A stretch of 64,000 nt of DNA from positions 1 through 64,000 of the IMG/VR virus record IMGVR_UViG_3300018080_000015; one strand, written 5' to 3'. The notes under the pieces were generated by a model, which was not told where the DNA came from, did not search any database, and saw nothing but the letters and a program-made list of their open reading frames with translations. A program made the translations under genes and the position numbers. Positions within the stretch are counted from its first letter, which is position 1. Each line of letters begins with the position of its first letter. Shown piece by piece: positions 44,392-54,178 of the stretch. The DNA is from a virus.

Positions 44392-44837
44392 TCGGGTACT
44401 TGCGTCCGTCGGGTCAAGTCGAGCCTGGTTGTGAACGTCTCGTGGCCCATCCCAAGCGCTCTGGTGTGTCCAAGGATGGTGTGCGGGACGGAGTCGACGG
44501 TGATCAGATCTCGGTTGGTGATCGAGTTGCTATCAAAGTCGGACGTGAGCACCCAGATAACGCGCGTCGAGCGCTCGTCTACGCCCCACGCTCTCTTTTC
44601 TTCTGGGGTGGGATCCGTGACAACGAGTGCGTCGAGCGGGGTCGCAGTGTCGTGGTTGGGCTTCGCGTCCCCCATCGCTCGGATGACCTCAGCGTTCCCC
44701 AGGTACTTACGAAGCCGCACGTCATAGCCTACTTCACCATCCGCAGCACACTCGCTGTTGATGAGCTTCTTGAAGGCGCACGCTTTCATCTGGTTGTGGA
44801 TGGCGCGCATTCGGTGCGTGATGTAGGGCGCTGGCAT
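44388..44837 (-). CDS. head closure (stopper)-like protein
   Basis: Size and position; ITNRDLITVDS. Confidence 0.6.
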   Translation of the reverse strand: MPAPYITHRMRAIHNQMKACAFKKLINSECAADGEVGYDVRLRKYLGNAEVIRAMGDAKPNHDTATPLDALVVTDPTPEEKRAWGVDERSTRVIWVLTSDFDSNSITNRDLITVDSVPHTILGHTRALGMGHETFTTRLDLTRRTQVPE

Positions 44838-44841
44838 GGCT

Positions 44842-45540
44842 CTATCCTATGTGGATGGATTGACCGCGCCCGCTCTTCGACTCAGCCAGTTCGACCTCAC
44901 GGGTGAACATGGTCTTCAACGTGTCCACCTGGATCGCAACTGACGAGCCTCCGATGGAGACGCTCGGGTGTCGACCCAGTTCTTCGACAATGGCACGGGA
45001 GAGGTACGCCGCAAACAAGTGGCGCAGTGCCTGACGGTACTTCCGCGGGACGGCGTCGAACTGAGCAGCCGTATCGAGCGTCCACATGTCGTGCGTCTTT
45101 AGGTAGAGCGTGCGCCCGGTTTCTGGCGTCGGAAGCACCTGCACCTTGTCGCCTGTGATCATGACCGAATCAATGCGGTAGCGCTCGAGGCGCTTCTGTG
45201 CAACTTCGGCCGCGACTTGCCCGCCGTGCAGGCCTTCGTAGTAGCCAAGCTCGGCGATGGAGTAGTCAGCACCGAGTAGGTTGGAGCCTGTGTGTATGGT
45301 CTGCCCGTCTACGGGACTCCAGTCCGTGACGTGCATGATCCCGGTGTCCGGGAAGTCATAGAGCGTCTGTCCCGCCACGAGTTGGAGCGTATGCTCTCCC
45401 AGCTGCGGATTCAGACGCGAAAAGTGCTCCACCACATCGTCCAGCACAAGGCTTCGGATCTCATCGTCCGTTATCGCAAGGTCGCAGACGCGGCCCACGA
45501 TGACACGGGCGTATTTCAGGAGATCCGAAAGGAACGACAT
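44842..45540 (-). CDS. head-tail adaptor/neck protein
   Basis: LVAGQTLYDFP, VLPTP; position after the major capsid gene. Confidence 0.65.
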   Translation of the reverse strand: MSFLSDLLKYARVIVGRVCDLAITDDEIRSLVLDDVVEHFSRLNPQLGEHTLQLVAGQTLYDFPDTGIMHVTDWSPVDGQTIHTGSNLLGADYSIAELGYYEGLHGGQVAAEVAQKRLERYRIDSVMITGDKVQVLPTPETGRTLYLKTHDMWTLDTAAQFDAVPRKYRQALRHLFAAYLSRAIVEELGRHPSVSIGGSSVAIQVDTLKTMFTREVELAESKSGRGQSIHIG

Positions 45541-45546
45541 AGCGGA

Positions 45547-46137
45547 TTAGATCGAGGAGTGCCCTGGGATGATGATCGTCTTGCCCCTCGGGTCTCCCCG
45601 GAAGGCGATCAGTACGCGAGGGCGCAGCCGACCCCAGTTGGGAAAGAGCTTCTTCGAACAGATGGCGCCGCGAGGAATCTCGTAGGTCATCTGATCCGCA
45701 CCCTCGAGCAGGACACTCTTCGCCCGGTTGTTGATGTTGATCAGGCACTCGTCGCGCTCGACCTTGTATGGCTTCCGACCAGAGAGCTTTTTCACGATCG
45801 GCCACTGAGCGGCAACCTCTTCCTCTGTAGCTCGAGCGAGAGCGCGACGTGCGAGCTCTTTCGACGCAGCCACATCCTCGGCGGCCTTGCGCTTGGCCTT
45901 TTCGACCGCGAGCTGCTTCTTGAGCTTTGCGATCTCTTTCTGGACCGCGGCGGAAGCTTCTTCGTCGGCCTCGGCCTCAGCAGAGGCAGCAGCCTCCTCT
46001 TTGGTCTCGGCTTTCTTCGCCGTGCTGGCCCTGTCCTCGAGAGCGGCCTCGAGTTCGGTGTCTTCTGCCTTGGTCTTCTTGGTCGTTTTCTTCGTCTTCT
46101 TTGACGAAGCCTTCTTTGTGCTGGTCTTCTTCGCCAT
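45547..46137 (-). CDS. hypothetical protein, Lys/Ala/Glu-rich N-terminus
   Basis: AAGGA RBS; directly after the major capsid gene. Confidence 0.7.
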   Translation of the reverse strand: MAKKTSTKKASSKKTKKTTKKTKAEDTELEAALEDRASTAKKAETKEEAAASAEAEADEEASAAVQKEIAKLKKQLAVEKAKRKAAEDVAASKELARRALARATEEEVAAQWPIVKKLSGRKPYKVERDECLININNRAKSVLLEGADQMTYEIPRGAICSKKLFPNWGRLRPRVLIAFRGDPRGKTIIIPGHSSI

Positions 46138-46163
46138 GGTTTTTTCCTTCGGTCCCGTGTTGG

Positions 46164-46198
46164 AAAAACTGAGAGGCAGCGGTCCCGAGCCGCCTCAG
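46164..46198 (-). terminator. rho-independent terminator after the major capsid gene
   Basis: Minus strand: gaggcggc-N8-gctgcctc then tcagttttt. Confidence 0.65.
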
Positions 46199-46202
46199 AC
46201 TG

Positions 46203-47801
46203 CTACGTGGTCACCGCCATCGTGGCGAACTGGGTATCATCAATCATGCGACGGCCAACTCGCGCCTGCGCCGCCTGTCCGCTCTCCAGGTTGAGGGTCT
46301 GGTTCCAGACTCTCGGGGTGATGAAGAACGGCATGAAGATGGTGATCACGTAGTTGCTGCGGAACGGATTGATCGCCGGCCACCCGAAGAAGCCCTGGGT
46401 GTCCGCAAGCCGCGGGCTCTGGTAGACGGTCCACCGGTCGCCGATGGTGCCGAGCAGAACGCGCTGCTGGATCTGCGCCCGAGTGTTGCTCTCGAGTCCA
46501 GCCTGCGCCTGCGGCGCCGCGGTGAACTCCTCGAGCTTCATCAGACGTGTGGTGATGCCCACGCCACCGACGAAGTAGGTCGGCCACTGTCGATGCGTCG
46601 CAAAGAGGCTCTGCGAGGCTTCGATCATCTTGTGGTAGATCTTCTTGTCGTAGAAGTGACGCGCCTGGGACGTGGTGTCGCCGGGGAGGTAGCCGGAGGC
46701 GTCGAAGATCGCCTGGGTGCCACCGGCCTGGTTGAGGACCTGAGTGAGCACTGCGGCGTCGAACGCCTGGTAGAGCTCTTCGGACAGCATAGCCGGGTTC
46801 TCGGCCATCATGTTCAGCCTGTAGTAGGCTGCCGCGTCCTGCTCCGACTTCAGGCTCCAGATGTGCGCGAGGGTCATCTCCTCGCCAGTCACGTCCAGGA
46901 GCTCCATGGTGTACGTGACCTTGTTGGCCGCGTCGCTCTCCTGGCGCACATCGTAGGTGCACTCGATGACTGCACCGTCGGCGGGGGCTACGACGAGCAG
47001 GATCTGGTCCACGCCGCCTGCGCCTGTCCCATCCCCGATGGTGTAGTCGGTGGTGAGCGTCTGCTCCACACCGTCGACGTACACCACGTGGTCGTAGGTC
47101 GGGTGCCGATCCAGATCGAAGTCGGTCTCGATCGCATCACCTTCGCCTACCTGCTCACCGTAGACGCGAGCGCCCGCGAAGTACGGATCGAAGTTGGAGC
47201 CTGCGTACGGATGAATCTCGGTGTCCGCGGTGGCTCCGCCGACGACAGTGGTGTCGTACTTGCGCTTGTAGAAGGGCACCTTGACGTCGGGCTGCGTGAC
47301 CGGAATGACCTGGAACAGGCTGCGGAACAGCATCGCGGGGATGAGCCGACGGGCCTGCGCCAGGGCGACGGTGACAAACGAAGCGATGTTGCTGGTGGAA
47401 GTGTTCTCCATCAGGAACTCGATCGGATGCTGGTTCACGATATGCGGAGCGATGTCAGCGTACTGCCGACGAATCTCGGTCCACACGTTGTCCAGAACGA
47501 TCTCGGCGCCGCGACGCAGCAGAGCGTTCTTTCGGCCTTTGTAGGCCTCCGAGGTGAAGAGTGGAGCCCAGAACTGACGACGGCGCTCGTTCTCGTAGAG
47601 ATACGCAGGCTGGTACTGGATCTCCCGCATCCGCTCGTCGAACTCGGACCCACGATCGACTGTCATGTTCGATAGCACGCTGCGCCCGATCTTTTCGCGG
47701 GTCTTGACGTCTGTGCTCTGCTGCTGGAAGGCGTTGAAGCTGTCTCCTTCGAAGAATGGCTTCAGACCTTCGATGTCCATGAGCAGGTTGTCTGCTGGCA
47801 T
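46203..47801 (-). CDS. major capsid protein (T4 gp23-like)
   Basis: RRLIP..VIPVTQP, LAHIWSLKSEQDAAAYY.L, LSEEL, WTVYQSP, FMPF; follows the protease/scaffold gene. Confidence 0.88.
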   Translation of the reverse strand: MPADNLLMDIEGLKPFFEGDSFNAFQQQSTDVKTREKIGRSVLSNMTVDRGSEFDERMREIQYQPAYLYENERRRQFWAPLFTSEAYKGRKNALLRRGAEIVLDNVWTEIRRQYADIAPHIVNQHPIEFLMENTSTSNIASFVTVALAQARRLIPAMLFRSLFQVIPVTQPDVKVPFYKRKYDTTVVGGATADTEIHPYAGSNFDPYFAGARVYGEQVGEGDAIETDFDLDRHPTYDHVVYVDGVEQTLTTDYTIGDGTGAGGVDQILLVVAPADGAVIECTYDVRQESDAANKVTYTMELLDVTGEEMTLAHIWSLKSEQDAAAYYRLNMMAENPAMLSEELYQAFDAAVLTQVLNQAGGTQAIFDASGYLPGDTTSQARHFYDKKIYHKMIEASQSLFATHRQWPTYFVGGVGITTRLMKLEEFTAAPQAQAGLESNTRAQIQQRVLLGTIGDRWTVYQSPRLADTQGFFGWPAINPFRSNYVITIFMPFFITPRVWNQTLNLESGQAAQARVGRRMIDDTQFATMAVTT

Positions 47802-47875
47802 TTTGAACCTCCCTTTTGGGTCTTTTTCTCCTGGTAGGACAAGCCCCCTATTCGGGGGCAGGTCTGAGTCCGCTC

Positions 47876-50032
47876 TCAGCTGAAGTAGAGATCCTCAGCT
47901 TCAGTGTCGCCGACCTTCTCGGCGAGATCGATGCGCTGCTCTTCCTCAGCCCGCACCGGGTCAGCGACGCGCCCGTTGCCCGCGGCCTTCTCGGGATTCA
48001 GGTTGATATCGCGAGCGCGCTTGGTGATCGCACCGACGAAACCTTCGACGATACTGACCCGCGACTCCATCACTTCGTCGTCGACAGGGACGTTGCTCTC
48101 GGTGATCACGAGAGGGAGCATGATATCAGCGAACTTGCTGTGCTTGCTCGCCTTCAGCTTCTCGATGATGGAGTTGCGCATCTCGTTGAAGTGGTTGACC
48201 GTCTGAAGACGCTCAACCTGCTCGCGCAGTTCCATCACCTCGGGATCGACCTCCACGAAAGCCTCCGGATACTGCTCCTGGAGCGCTTCGATAGACCCAC
48301 CGAGCTCTTCGACCTGAGCGGCGAGCTCGGCCTTCTCGTTGGTGAGAGCCTCGATCTGCTCGGCCTGCTCCTCGACCAGTGTCGCGATGGAAGCAAGCTT
48401 CTCGGTCAGGTCTTCCCCTTCCTCGATAAGACTCGCTTCGACGGCGGCCTCGGTCAGCACCTCGAGCTTGAGTTCGGCGAGCGCCTCGGCGTGCTGCTCG
48501 CGCAGTTCTTTCAGTGTCAGTGGCATGATGTCCTCCCTGTTGGGGATTTGGTCCGAGGACTCTGAAAGAACGGGAGTGTTGTCTACCCCCTCGGACCTGG
48601 TTTCCTTTCTAGGATGAAAGATAGCGCCTTGTACACTCTGCCGTCCAGGGACATCATCCCATCCCTGAAACTGGAACTTCGAGATTACCAGAAACGGCTT
48701 GGGCGGTTGAAGGTTTTCTGGGATTTCGACTGCGCCGCTCGCGCGGAGACGGAGCCGCTCGGTTGCGCGCCGGGCCTGCTCGTCTGGGTGCATCCCGACT
48801 TCGCCGAATTGACTCTTGTAGTAGGTCTCTGCGCGGACCTTACCCCGGGTGCGCGAAGATGTGGGCAGCGCTCCGCCTGCGGCGAGCACGACTGCTGCGT
48901 TTTGCCCCTCGGGCATAGTGTTAAGGATGTCGCGTACGACACCGACCTGCCCTGTGCTCTCGTTGTACGTCACGTCGCGGATGAGCCCGGAGACGTCTGA
49001 CATCGCCGGCTCCTTCGGGATGGACGCCGGAGTCTTTCTCGCGGGATGTCCGCCGAGAGCAAATATCTCTCCACGATTCGCGGCTCTCGCTGCCTCACGC
49101 ACGGCGAGAGGCATGTCGGCAGCCTCATAGACGCGTTGGTTGCGGTTCTTCTTCCCTGCGACCTGAGCTTCCTTGTACGTGATCCGCGCGAGCACGCCAG
49201 GCGGAAGATTCTTGCGCTTCTTTTTCAGCTGAACTTTTCTCTGATGAAAAGGCTCGATGTTGTCAGAAGACGTGTTTTCCGTCGCTTCGACCACGTGACC
49301 GCAGTTAGGACACGTCGTCCCGGAAAACACCGTACCGCATTTCGGGCAGCGAATACTGCGCCGCCGTCCCGCCCCGTGCGGACCTTTTCCGTCCTGAAGC
49401 CCTCCTCCGCGCGGTGTTTTTCCACAAGGTCCGACAGCCTCACACCAAAGCTCGAAGAAAACCTCAAGCTCGGCAGCGGGCACGCCTTCTCCGAGGAGCT
49501 CAACGAAACCATCCCAGGCTTCGGAGCGCGTCTTCTCCCTCATCGACTTGAAGCACTTCATCTGCTTCGCACGCTCAAGAATGCACTGTCGAATCAGAGG
49601 CACTGACTCGCGGTGCTTCGTGGTTGAGCCGAGCCGTCCGAGAGCTGCACGCACGTGATCGCAATCGGGTACCGGGAAGGAGCGCTCTGGGCCACAGAAG
49701 GTTGCGGCCGGGAGAGCTTTGCGGGCCTTCGCAGTGAGAGCGCCCGAGCCGCTCTTCTTTTTGGAGAGCATCTCAGTCCACGACTCGTAGGCCTCGAACT
49801 CTTCCCAGTCGATGTCGTCCGGGTAATCATCCTCACAGCACAGCGGGGTGTCGGGGCCTTCGTGGAGCTGCTCTTCGAAGTCCTCAGCGAACTCGACCGT
49901 GAAGTCGCCGCCGCAGCTCTCCGTGAAGGTGACGTAGCCGTCTTCGTCCTGGTGCTTCTCGAGAATCTCCACCAGCTCCTCGAGAGAGTTGGTGGACTCG
50001 CACAAGACATCAAGATCTAGAACTCTAGGCAT
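47876..50032 (-). CDS. prohead protease/scaffold fusion (gp21-like) with DUF6582-like and zinc-ribbon modules
   Basis: KNRNQRVY, ALGGHP, ILNT.EG, TSSRTRG, WDDV; C-terminal coiled coil; LTAKARKALP..FCGPERSFPVPD..HVRAAL. Confidence 0.82.
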   Translation of the reverse strand: MPRVLDLDVLCESTNSLEELVEILEKHQDEDGYVTFTESCGGDFTVEFAEDFEEQLHEGPDTPLCCEDDYPDDIDWEEFEAYESWTEMLSKKKSGSGALTAKARKALPAATFCGPERSFPVPDCDHVRAALGRLGSTTKHRESVPLIRQCILERAKQMKCFKSMREKTRSEAWDGFVELLGEGVPAAELEVFFELWCEAVGPCGKTPRGGGLQDGKGPHGAGRRRSIRCPKCGTVFSGTTCPNCGHVVEATENTSSDNIEPFHQRKVQLKKKRKNLPPGVLARITYKEAQVAGKKNRNQRVYEAADMPLAVREAARAANRGEIFALGGHPARKTPASIPKEPAMSDVSGLIRDVTYNESTGQVGVVRDILNTMPEGQNAAVVLAAGGALPTSSRTRGKVRAETYYKSQFGEVGMHPDEQARRATERLRLRASGAVEIPENLQPPKPFLVISKFQFQGWDDVPGRQSVQGAIFHPRKETRSEGVDNTPVLSESSDQIPNREDIMPLTLKELREQHAEALAELKLEVLTEAAVEASLIEEGEDLTEKLASIATLVEEQAEQIEALTNEKAELAAQVEELGGSIEALQEQYPEAFVEVDPEVMELREQVERLQTVNHFNEMRNSIIEKLKASKHSKFADIMLPLVITESNVPVDDEVMESRVSIVEGFVGAITKRARDINLNPEKAAGNGRVADPVRAEEEQRIDLAEKVGDTEAEDLYFS

Positions 50033-50042
50033 GATCCTACTC

Positions 50043-50402
50043 CTAGCGGCGGTTTCCTGGCCTACTTCGATCGGCGGCGGAACGTAGCTCTGTCACCTCC
50101 ACGCTCAATCGCTTTCCGTCTTCCAGCCTTCCACTTTTGCCGAGCGCGCTTTTTTTTTTTGCTGCTTTTTCCTGCGCCTTGCGAGCGGCCGGATCGTATC
50201 TGTACTGTCCGGGCTTATCCTTGACGACGTTGGCTCGCTCTCCGGGGGACATGCCGCCCTGTTTATTGAGACGAGATTGCCATTGCTTCTGGCGTTTTTT
50301 TCCGGCGCGTCGCTCTTTTCCTGCTGCTCGCCTCGCGGCTTTCCACCTCCCGCCTGCCTCTTCAATTCGTTCCATGCTCTGAGCAATGGCCTCGATTGAC
50401 AT
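50043..50402 (-). CDS. basic putative internal head protein
   Basis: Lys/Arg-rich; coupled to the upstream gene; contains an A11 run. Confidence 0.6.
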   Translation of the reverse strand: MSIEAIAQSMERIEEAGGRWKAARRAAGKERRAGKKRQKQWQSRLNKQGGMSPGERANVVKDKPGQYRYDPAARKAQEKAAKKKSALGKSGRLEDGKRLSVEVTELRSAADRSRPGNRR

Positions 50403-50900
50403 CTACTTTCCTCCCAGCTTCGCGAGCGTTTGCTTTGCGTTGGCGATTGCCTTCTGGGCCATCTCCTTCTGCCGCTTCATGATCTTTTCCTTCTTTGCGG
50501 CTGTGCGACGAAGAAGCTTGGCTCGAATCAGTGCGATGGGCTTGGCGAAGGCCTCTTCTATCTCCTCTGGATTGTCCTCGATGTACGTGTTGAGCTCGAA
50601 GGCAATCTCAGGGCCGTTCCGCCAACGAGAGACAACCACCCGATCCATCTCGTCCGCAGGACCTAGCTTCAACACCTTGTTGTTCTCGCGTTGAATCGCT
50701 CTGACTACAAGATCGACAAGCGAGTCTGCGAGCCGCTCACGGATGTCGTACTCGCCCTCAGAGAAGATTCGATCGGCGGCTTGTCCGATTGCGGAGAGGC
50801 TCTCGGGAGCTGTGAGCTTCTTTTTCTTGCGCTTCTTTTTCTTCTTCAAAGCTGCGCTGCCCATCCCCGCGCATTCGGTGGTCTCGATGTCCTGTCCCAT
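50403..50900 (-). CDS. hypothetical head-region protein
   Basis: GGAGG RBS; located in the head module. Confidence 0.7.
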   Translation of the reverse strand: MGQDIETTECAGMGSAALKKKKKRKKKKLTAPESLSAIGQAADRIFSEGEYDIRERLADSLVDLVVRAIQRENNKVLKLGPADEMDRVVVSRWRNGPEIAFELNTYIEDNPEEIEEAFAKPIALIRAKLLRRTAAKKEKIMKRQKEMAQKAIANAKQTLAKLGGK

Positions 50901-50959
50901 GTATCACCTCCCCGTGGTTCCGATTCAAGATACTGGTCTTCGTAGCTGTAAAGCAAGGC

Positions 50960-51832
50960 TCACTTGCGCGGGAGCACGATACTGGCGGGAGGAACAACGT
51001 ATCGTTTCCCAGGTCTATGGAGCGGCATTCCACGGGCAGTGAACATCGACCGCAGTGTTCCTGCCCGCTCCGAGTGCACGACGAGAAAACACCGACAGTT
51101 CATCAAACACCGAGTTGACCCGTCTCGAGGTAGAGCTGGAAGGTCGACCTTCCGGTAGGGCGAGCCCGCTTCAAACCACAGACAGTCCTGACAGTGCTCG
51201 GCGGGAGTAGTGTGCCACGATATCCAGGTGTCGTCTCCCATGCCGGAGAGAACCCCGCCGAGGTACATCTGATCGAGCGCGTTGGCGTACATACCGGCTC
51301 GAGTGAAGTCCTTCATCCTGTGCACTCGAGGAGTGATTTCCTGTGCGCCTGCAGCCTGGTCTACCCAACGGCGGAAGTGCATGCGTTGCACGTCGAGGAA
51401 GCCGTGCATGTGGAGCCTGTCATTGGCGTTGAGCGGGCGGTCCTTGAGTGTGCGCACACCAGCTCGGTACGCTCCGTCGGCCGCGGCCCGCACGTACGTG
51501 CCGAACTGCTTGAGCGCCGCTGTGGGCTTCATGCGGCCGGCCCTGACCTTGGCAATCAACGCGAGCACCCCGATGCGGAACGAGTCCTTGTTGACCTGTC
51601 CGGTGCGGGAGCTTTGCGGGAGCGCCAGCGTGCGGGAGCCAGTGGCCTCTAGCAAAAACTCGGGGTCGAAGCCAATGATACAGCCGTACTCGTAGACAAT
51701 CTCGTAGCGCTCGATTTCCTGGATAGTCCAACCGACACGAAGAGCCTCCAGTATTTGAAGGTGTGCATCCACCCTACCCCTCGACCGATCGCACCAGAGC
51801 GCTGACCTCGGGAACCAGCGGGGGATTGACAA
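50960..51832 (-). CDS. minor head protein (MuF-like)
   Basis: AEHCQDC..LP.DGSTRCLMNCRC motif; start uncertain. Confidence 0.65.
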   Translation of the reverse strand: MSIPRWFPRSALWCDRSRGRVDAHLQILEALRVGWTIQEIERYEIVYEYGCIIGFDPEFLLEATGSRTLALPQSSRTGQVNKDSFRIGVLALIAKVRAGRMKPTAALKQFGTYVRAAADGAYRAGVRTLKDRPLNANDRLHMHGFLDVQRMHFRRWVDQAAGAQEITPRVHRMKDFTRAGMYANALDQMYLGGVLSGMGDDTWISWHTTPAEHCQDCLWFEAGSPYRKVDLPALPRDGSTRCLMNCRCFLVVHSERAGTLRSMFTARGMPLHRPGKRYVVPPASIVLPRK

Positions 51833-52100
51833 CGCGCACTTGTTTGTGTCTGGGGTGCTTCAACCAAATTCCGATTGTACGCATGAGCCACACCCAGTTC
51901 CCGGGAGAAGGACCCGGGATCGAGTACCCAGCGCCCTCCTCCTCCTCGAGAATTAGATCTACCGGAAGTCGCATGAGCTGCTTCACGAGTTTTGCCTCGG
52001 GACCCATCACCGAGGCTTTTCCTTTGTCCCAGCGCTCGTACTCGAATGTGACCGTCGTGTTTTGGTTCTGCTTGTTGGTGACAACAACTCGCGCGATCAT
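51774..52100 (-). CDS. hypothetical protein
   Basis: ATGA-coupled to the upstream zincin gene. Confidence 0.65.
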   Translation of the reverse strand: MIARVVVTNKQNQNTTVTFEYERWDKGKASVMGPEAKLVKQLMRLPVDLILEEEEGAGYSIPGPSPGNWVWLMRTIGIWLKHPRHKQVRVVNPPLVPEVSALVRSVEG

Positions 52101-54088
52101 GGTCTATACCCCCACTCACCTGTGGTGACCCCATAGATGAGGACAAAGTGCTCTGGGTCGAAGTCGTAGAGTGACTTCATTCCTTGCGGTGTATCAAAGA
52201 ACTGCATCCCCACAGAAATCACTTCAGAAGACCGATTTCCCTCGTAGAACCGTCCGACATAGGGACGGGCAAAGCCGTCTGGCATGCCGCGGTCTCTGTT
52301 CTTGTGGGTGGTAGCCTCTCGCAGCTGCCAACTGTTTAGCTCTTCAATATCCCAACCCGCCTTGAGAGCGACGCGCGCTATCTTCTGTCCGTATTTGAAG
52401 GTTTCATACTGCTTCGTCTCGGGGTCATAGATTTTGCCCTGCTGAGCACGGCCGAGCACGAAGTGCGTCGCTGCATCGGAGACGCGGCCGTTGCTATGCT
52501 CGAGCCAGTGCCCCATTTCATGGATTACGACATTCCTGCGGTTCGAGACAGTGATGTGGTTTGCCGTATAGGCAAAGGCGCCGCCCCCGTATTCGCTTGT
52601 CCCGCCACTGATAATCAACGGACCCTCGTCGTTACCGTAGGGCTGCTTGCCCCCAGGCATACAATCGCGGTGAACCAGACGTTGGAACTGATCCACCCCG
52701 TCCATGACGGTGTCGCGTTTCCCGGTAACAGCGACTGGGATCGGCAGCTGATTCTTTTCCTTCGTGATTTCCTCTCGGAGCCGAGCGAAGTCGGCTTCTG
52801 TCGGATTTTTCCCAAGACGACGCTGCAGATCCTGGGACATGCGCTGGTGGGTGTCCTTGTACTCTTTTTCCTGCAGCTGGTATTTCAGCGACTCTGGTGT
52901 ATCGATCTGCCGCGCCATGCGCTGCTTCGCCTTCATAACCTCAGCAGCATTGTTGAACTCCCGCTCCTCCGGAGTGGCCTCCCGCCCCCATTTCCGTACC
53001 TTGGCTGCTTCTTTGCTCGCCACCTCTTCCTGGCGCATGATCTCATCGTGCTTTTCGTTCGTGAAAGCCCGGTTGATACCAGCGCGCCCCATGTATTTGA
53101 CGTCTCCGGGTTTGAGGTCTTGAAGCTCGACCTGCATTTGCCGTTCTGCCTCCGTCCCCCGCCTTGAGCCCCCGATTTGGAAGTTCTTGGGATCTGAAAT
53201 CCCCGCGTAAGGCTCCCGAGGTGCGACCCTCTCAGATCGATCTGCCTCCTCTTTCTTGGCACCCTCCCCCTCTTTTTTCTTGGCCTCAGCTTTCTTCTTT
53301 TCTTCCTCGACTTCCCTCTTTTTCTTCGCCTCTTCTTCAGCCTTCCGCTTTTCCTCGGCTTCCCTCTTTTTCTTCGCCTCTTCAGCTCGCTTCTTGGCCT
53401 CCGCTTTTTTCTTCTCGTCAGCCTTCTTTTTGGCCTCTTCCTTCTTCTTCGCTTCGTCGGCCTTTCTCTTTTCTGCTTCGGCCTTCTTCTTGGCCTCTTC
53501 TTTCTTCTTCTTGTCTGCCTCGGCCTTCTTCTTTTTCTCGTCCGCAGCCCTCTTTTTCTTCTCCGCCGCTTCCTTCTTTTTGGCCTCAGTCTTCTTCTTG
53601 GCCTCTTCTTTTTTCCTCGCCGCCTCAGCCTTCTTCTTTGTCCGCTCCTTCGCCGCCTCTTTCTTCTTCGCAGGCTTCTTCTTGGTGGGCTTCTTTTTCG
53701 GCTCGGCTTTCTTCGAGGCCTTCTGAAGGAGCTCGATGCGCGCGGTTACTTTGGCCATGTCGTACCGCAACGCTCCCTGCTTGGTGATCGGCGTGGTACT
53801 CAGCTTTCCCTCAAGCGCCCTCCTCTCACTTTGTGCGGCAGCAAGAGCCCTCTCCTTCCCCTCGGCGCTCTTGGGCACACCTTTTGGAAACAGATCCTTC
53901 TTCACGAAGCCCATCGAAGCCAGTGTCTGACCCTGACCTATTCGACACGTCTTAGCCGGAGAGATGTGCGATGCTCCGCAGGGTATGCCCCCTCCCCTTC
54001 CGCGTCTTGCTTCGTTGATAATCTGCATCGACTCGGCGATTCGGGTGAGCTTGCTACGGGCAAGAATGCTCTTTCTGATGCACTCCAC
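52097..54088 (-). CDS. head-associated protein with long KEA-rich coil and C-terminal zincin-like metallopeptidase
   Basis: PCGASHISPAKTCR motif, KKKAE repeats, VIHEMGHWLE..SEVIS. Confidence 0.75.
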   Translation of the reverse strand: MECIRKSILARSKLTRIAESMQIINEARRGRGGGIPCGASHISPAKTCRIGQGQTLASMGFVKKDLFPKGVPKSAEGKERALAAAQSERRALEGKLSTTPITKQGALRYDMAKVTARIELLQKASKKAEPKKKPTKKKPAKKKEAAKERTKKKAEAARKKEEAKKKTEAKKKEAAEKKKRAADEKKKKAEADKKKKEEAKKKAEAEKRKADEAKKKEEAKKKADEKKKAEAKKRAEEAKKKREAEEKRKAEEEAKKKREVEEEKKKAEAKKKEGEGAKKEEADRSERVAPREPYAGISDPKNFQIGGSRRGTEAERQMQVELQDLKPGDVKYMGRAGINRAFTNEKHDEIMRQEEVASKEAAKVRKWGREATPEEREFNNAAEVMKAKQRMARQIDTPESLKYQLQEKEYKDTHQRMSQDLQRRLGKNPTEADFARLREEITKEKNQLPIPVAVTGKRDTVMDGVDQFQRLVHRDCMPGGKQPYGNDEGPLIISGGTSEYGGGAFAYTANHITVSNRRNVVIHEMGHWLEHSNGRVSDAATHFVLGRAQQGKIYDPETKQYETFKYGQKIARVALKAGWDIEELNSWQLREATTHKNRDRGMPDGFARPYVGRFYEGNRSSEVISVGMQFFDTPQGMKSLYDFDPEHFVLIYGVTTGEWGYRP

Positions 54089-54178
54089 GTTTCCAAATCC
54101 TCTCTATGTCTGCAGATAGACGACCGGTTCCCGGTACTTCAGCGAGCTTCGCTTGAATCGCTCGCAAGGTCACAAGAG

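Noticed and set aside
53230-53720. Low-complexity CTT/TTC repeats as a CRISPR array or non-coding satellite
   Set aside because: They encode the K/E/A stalk of the minus-strand protein; there is no repeat-spacer structure.
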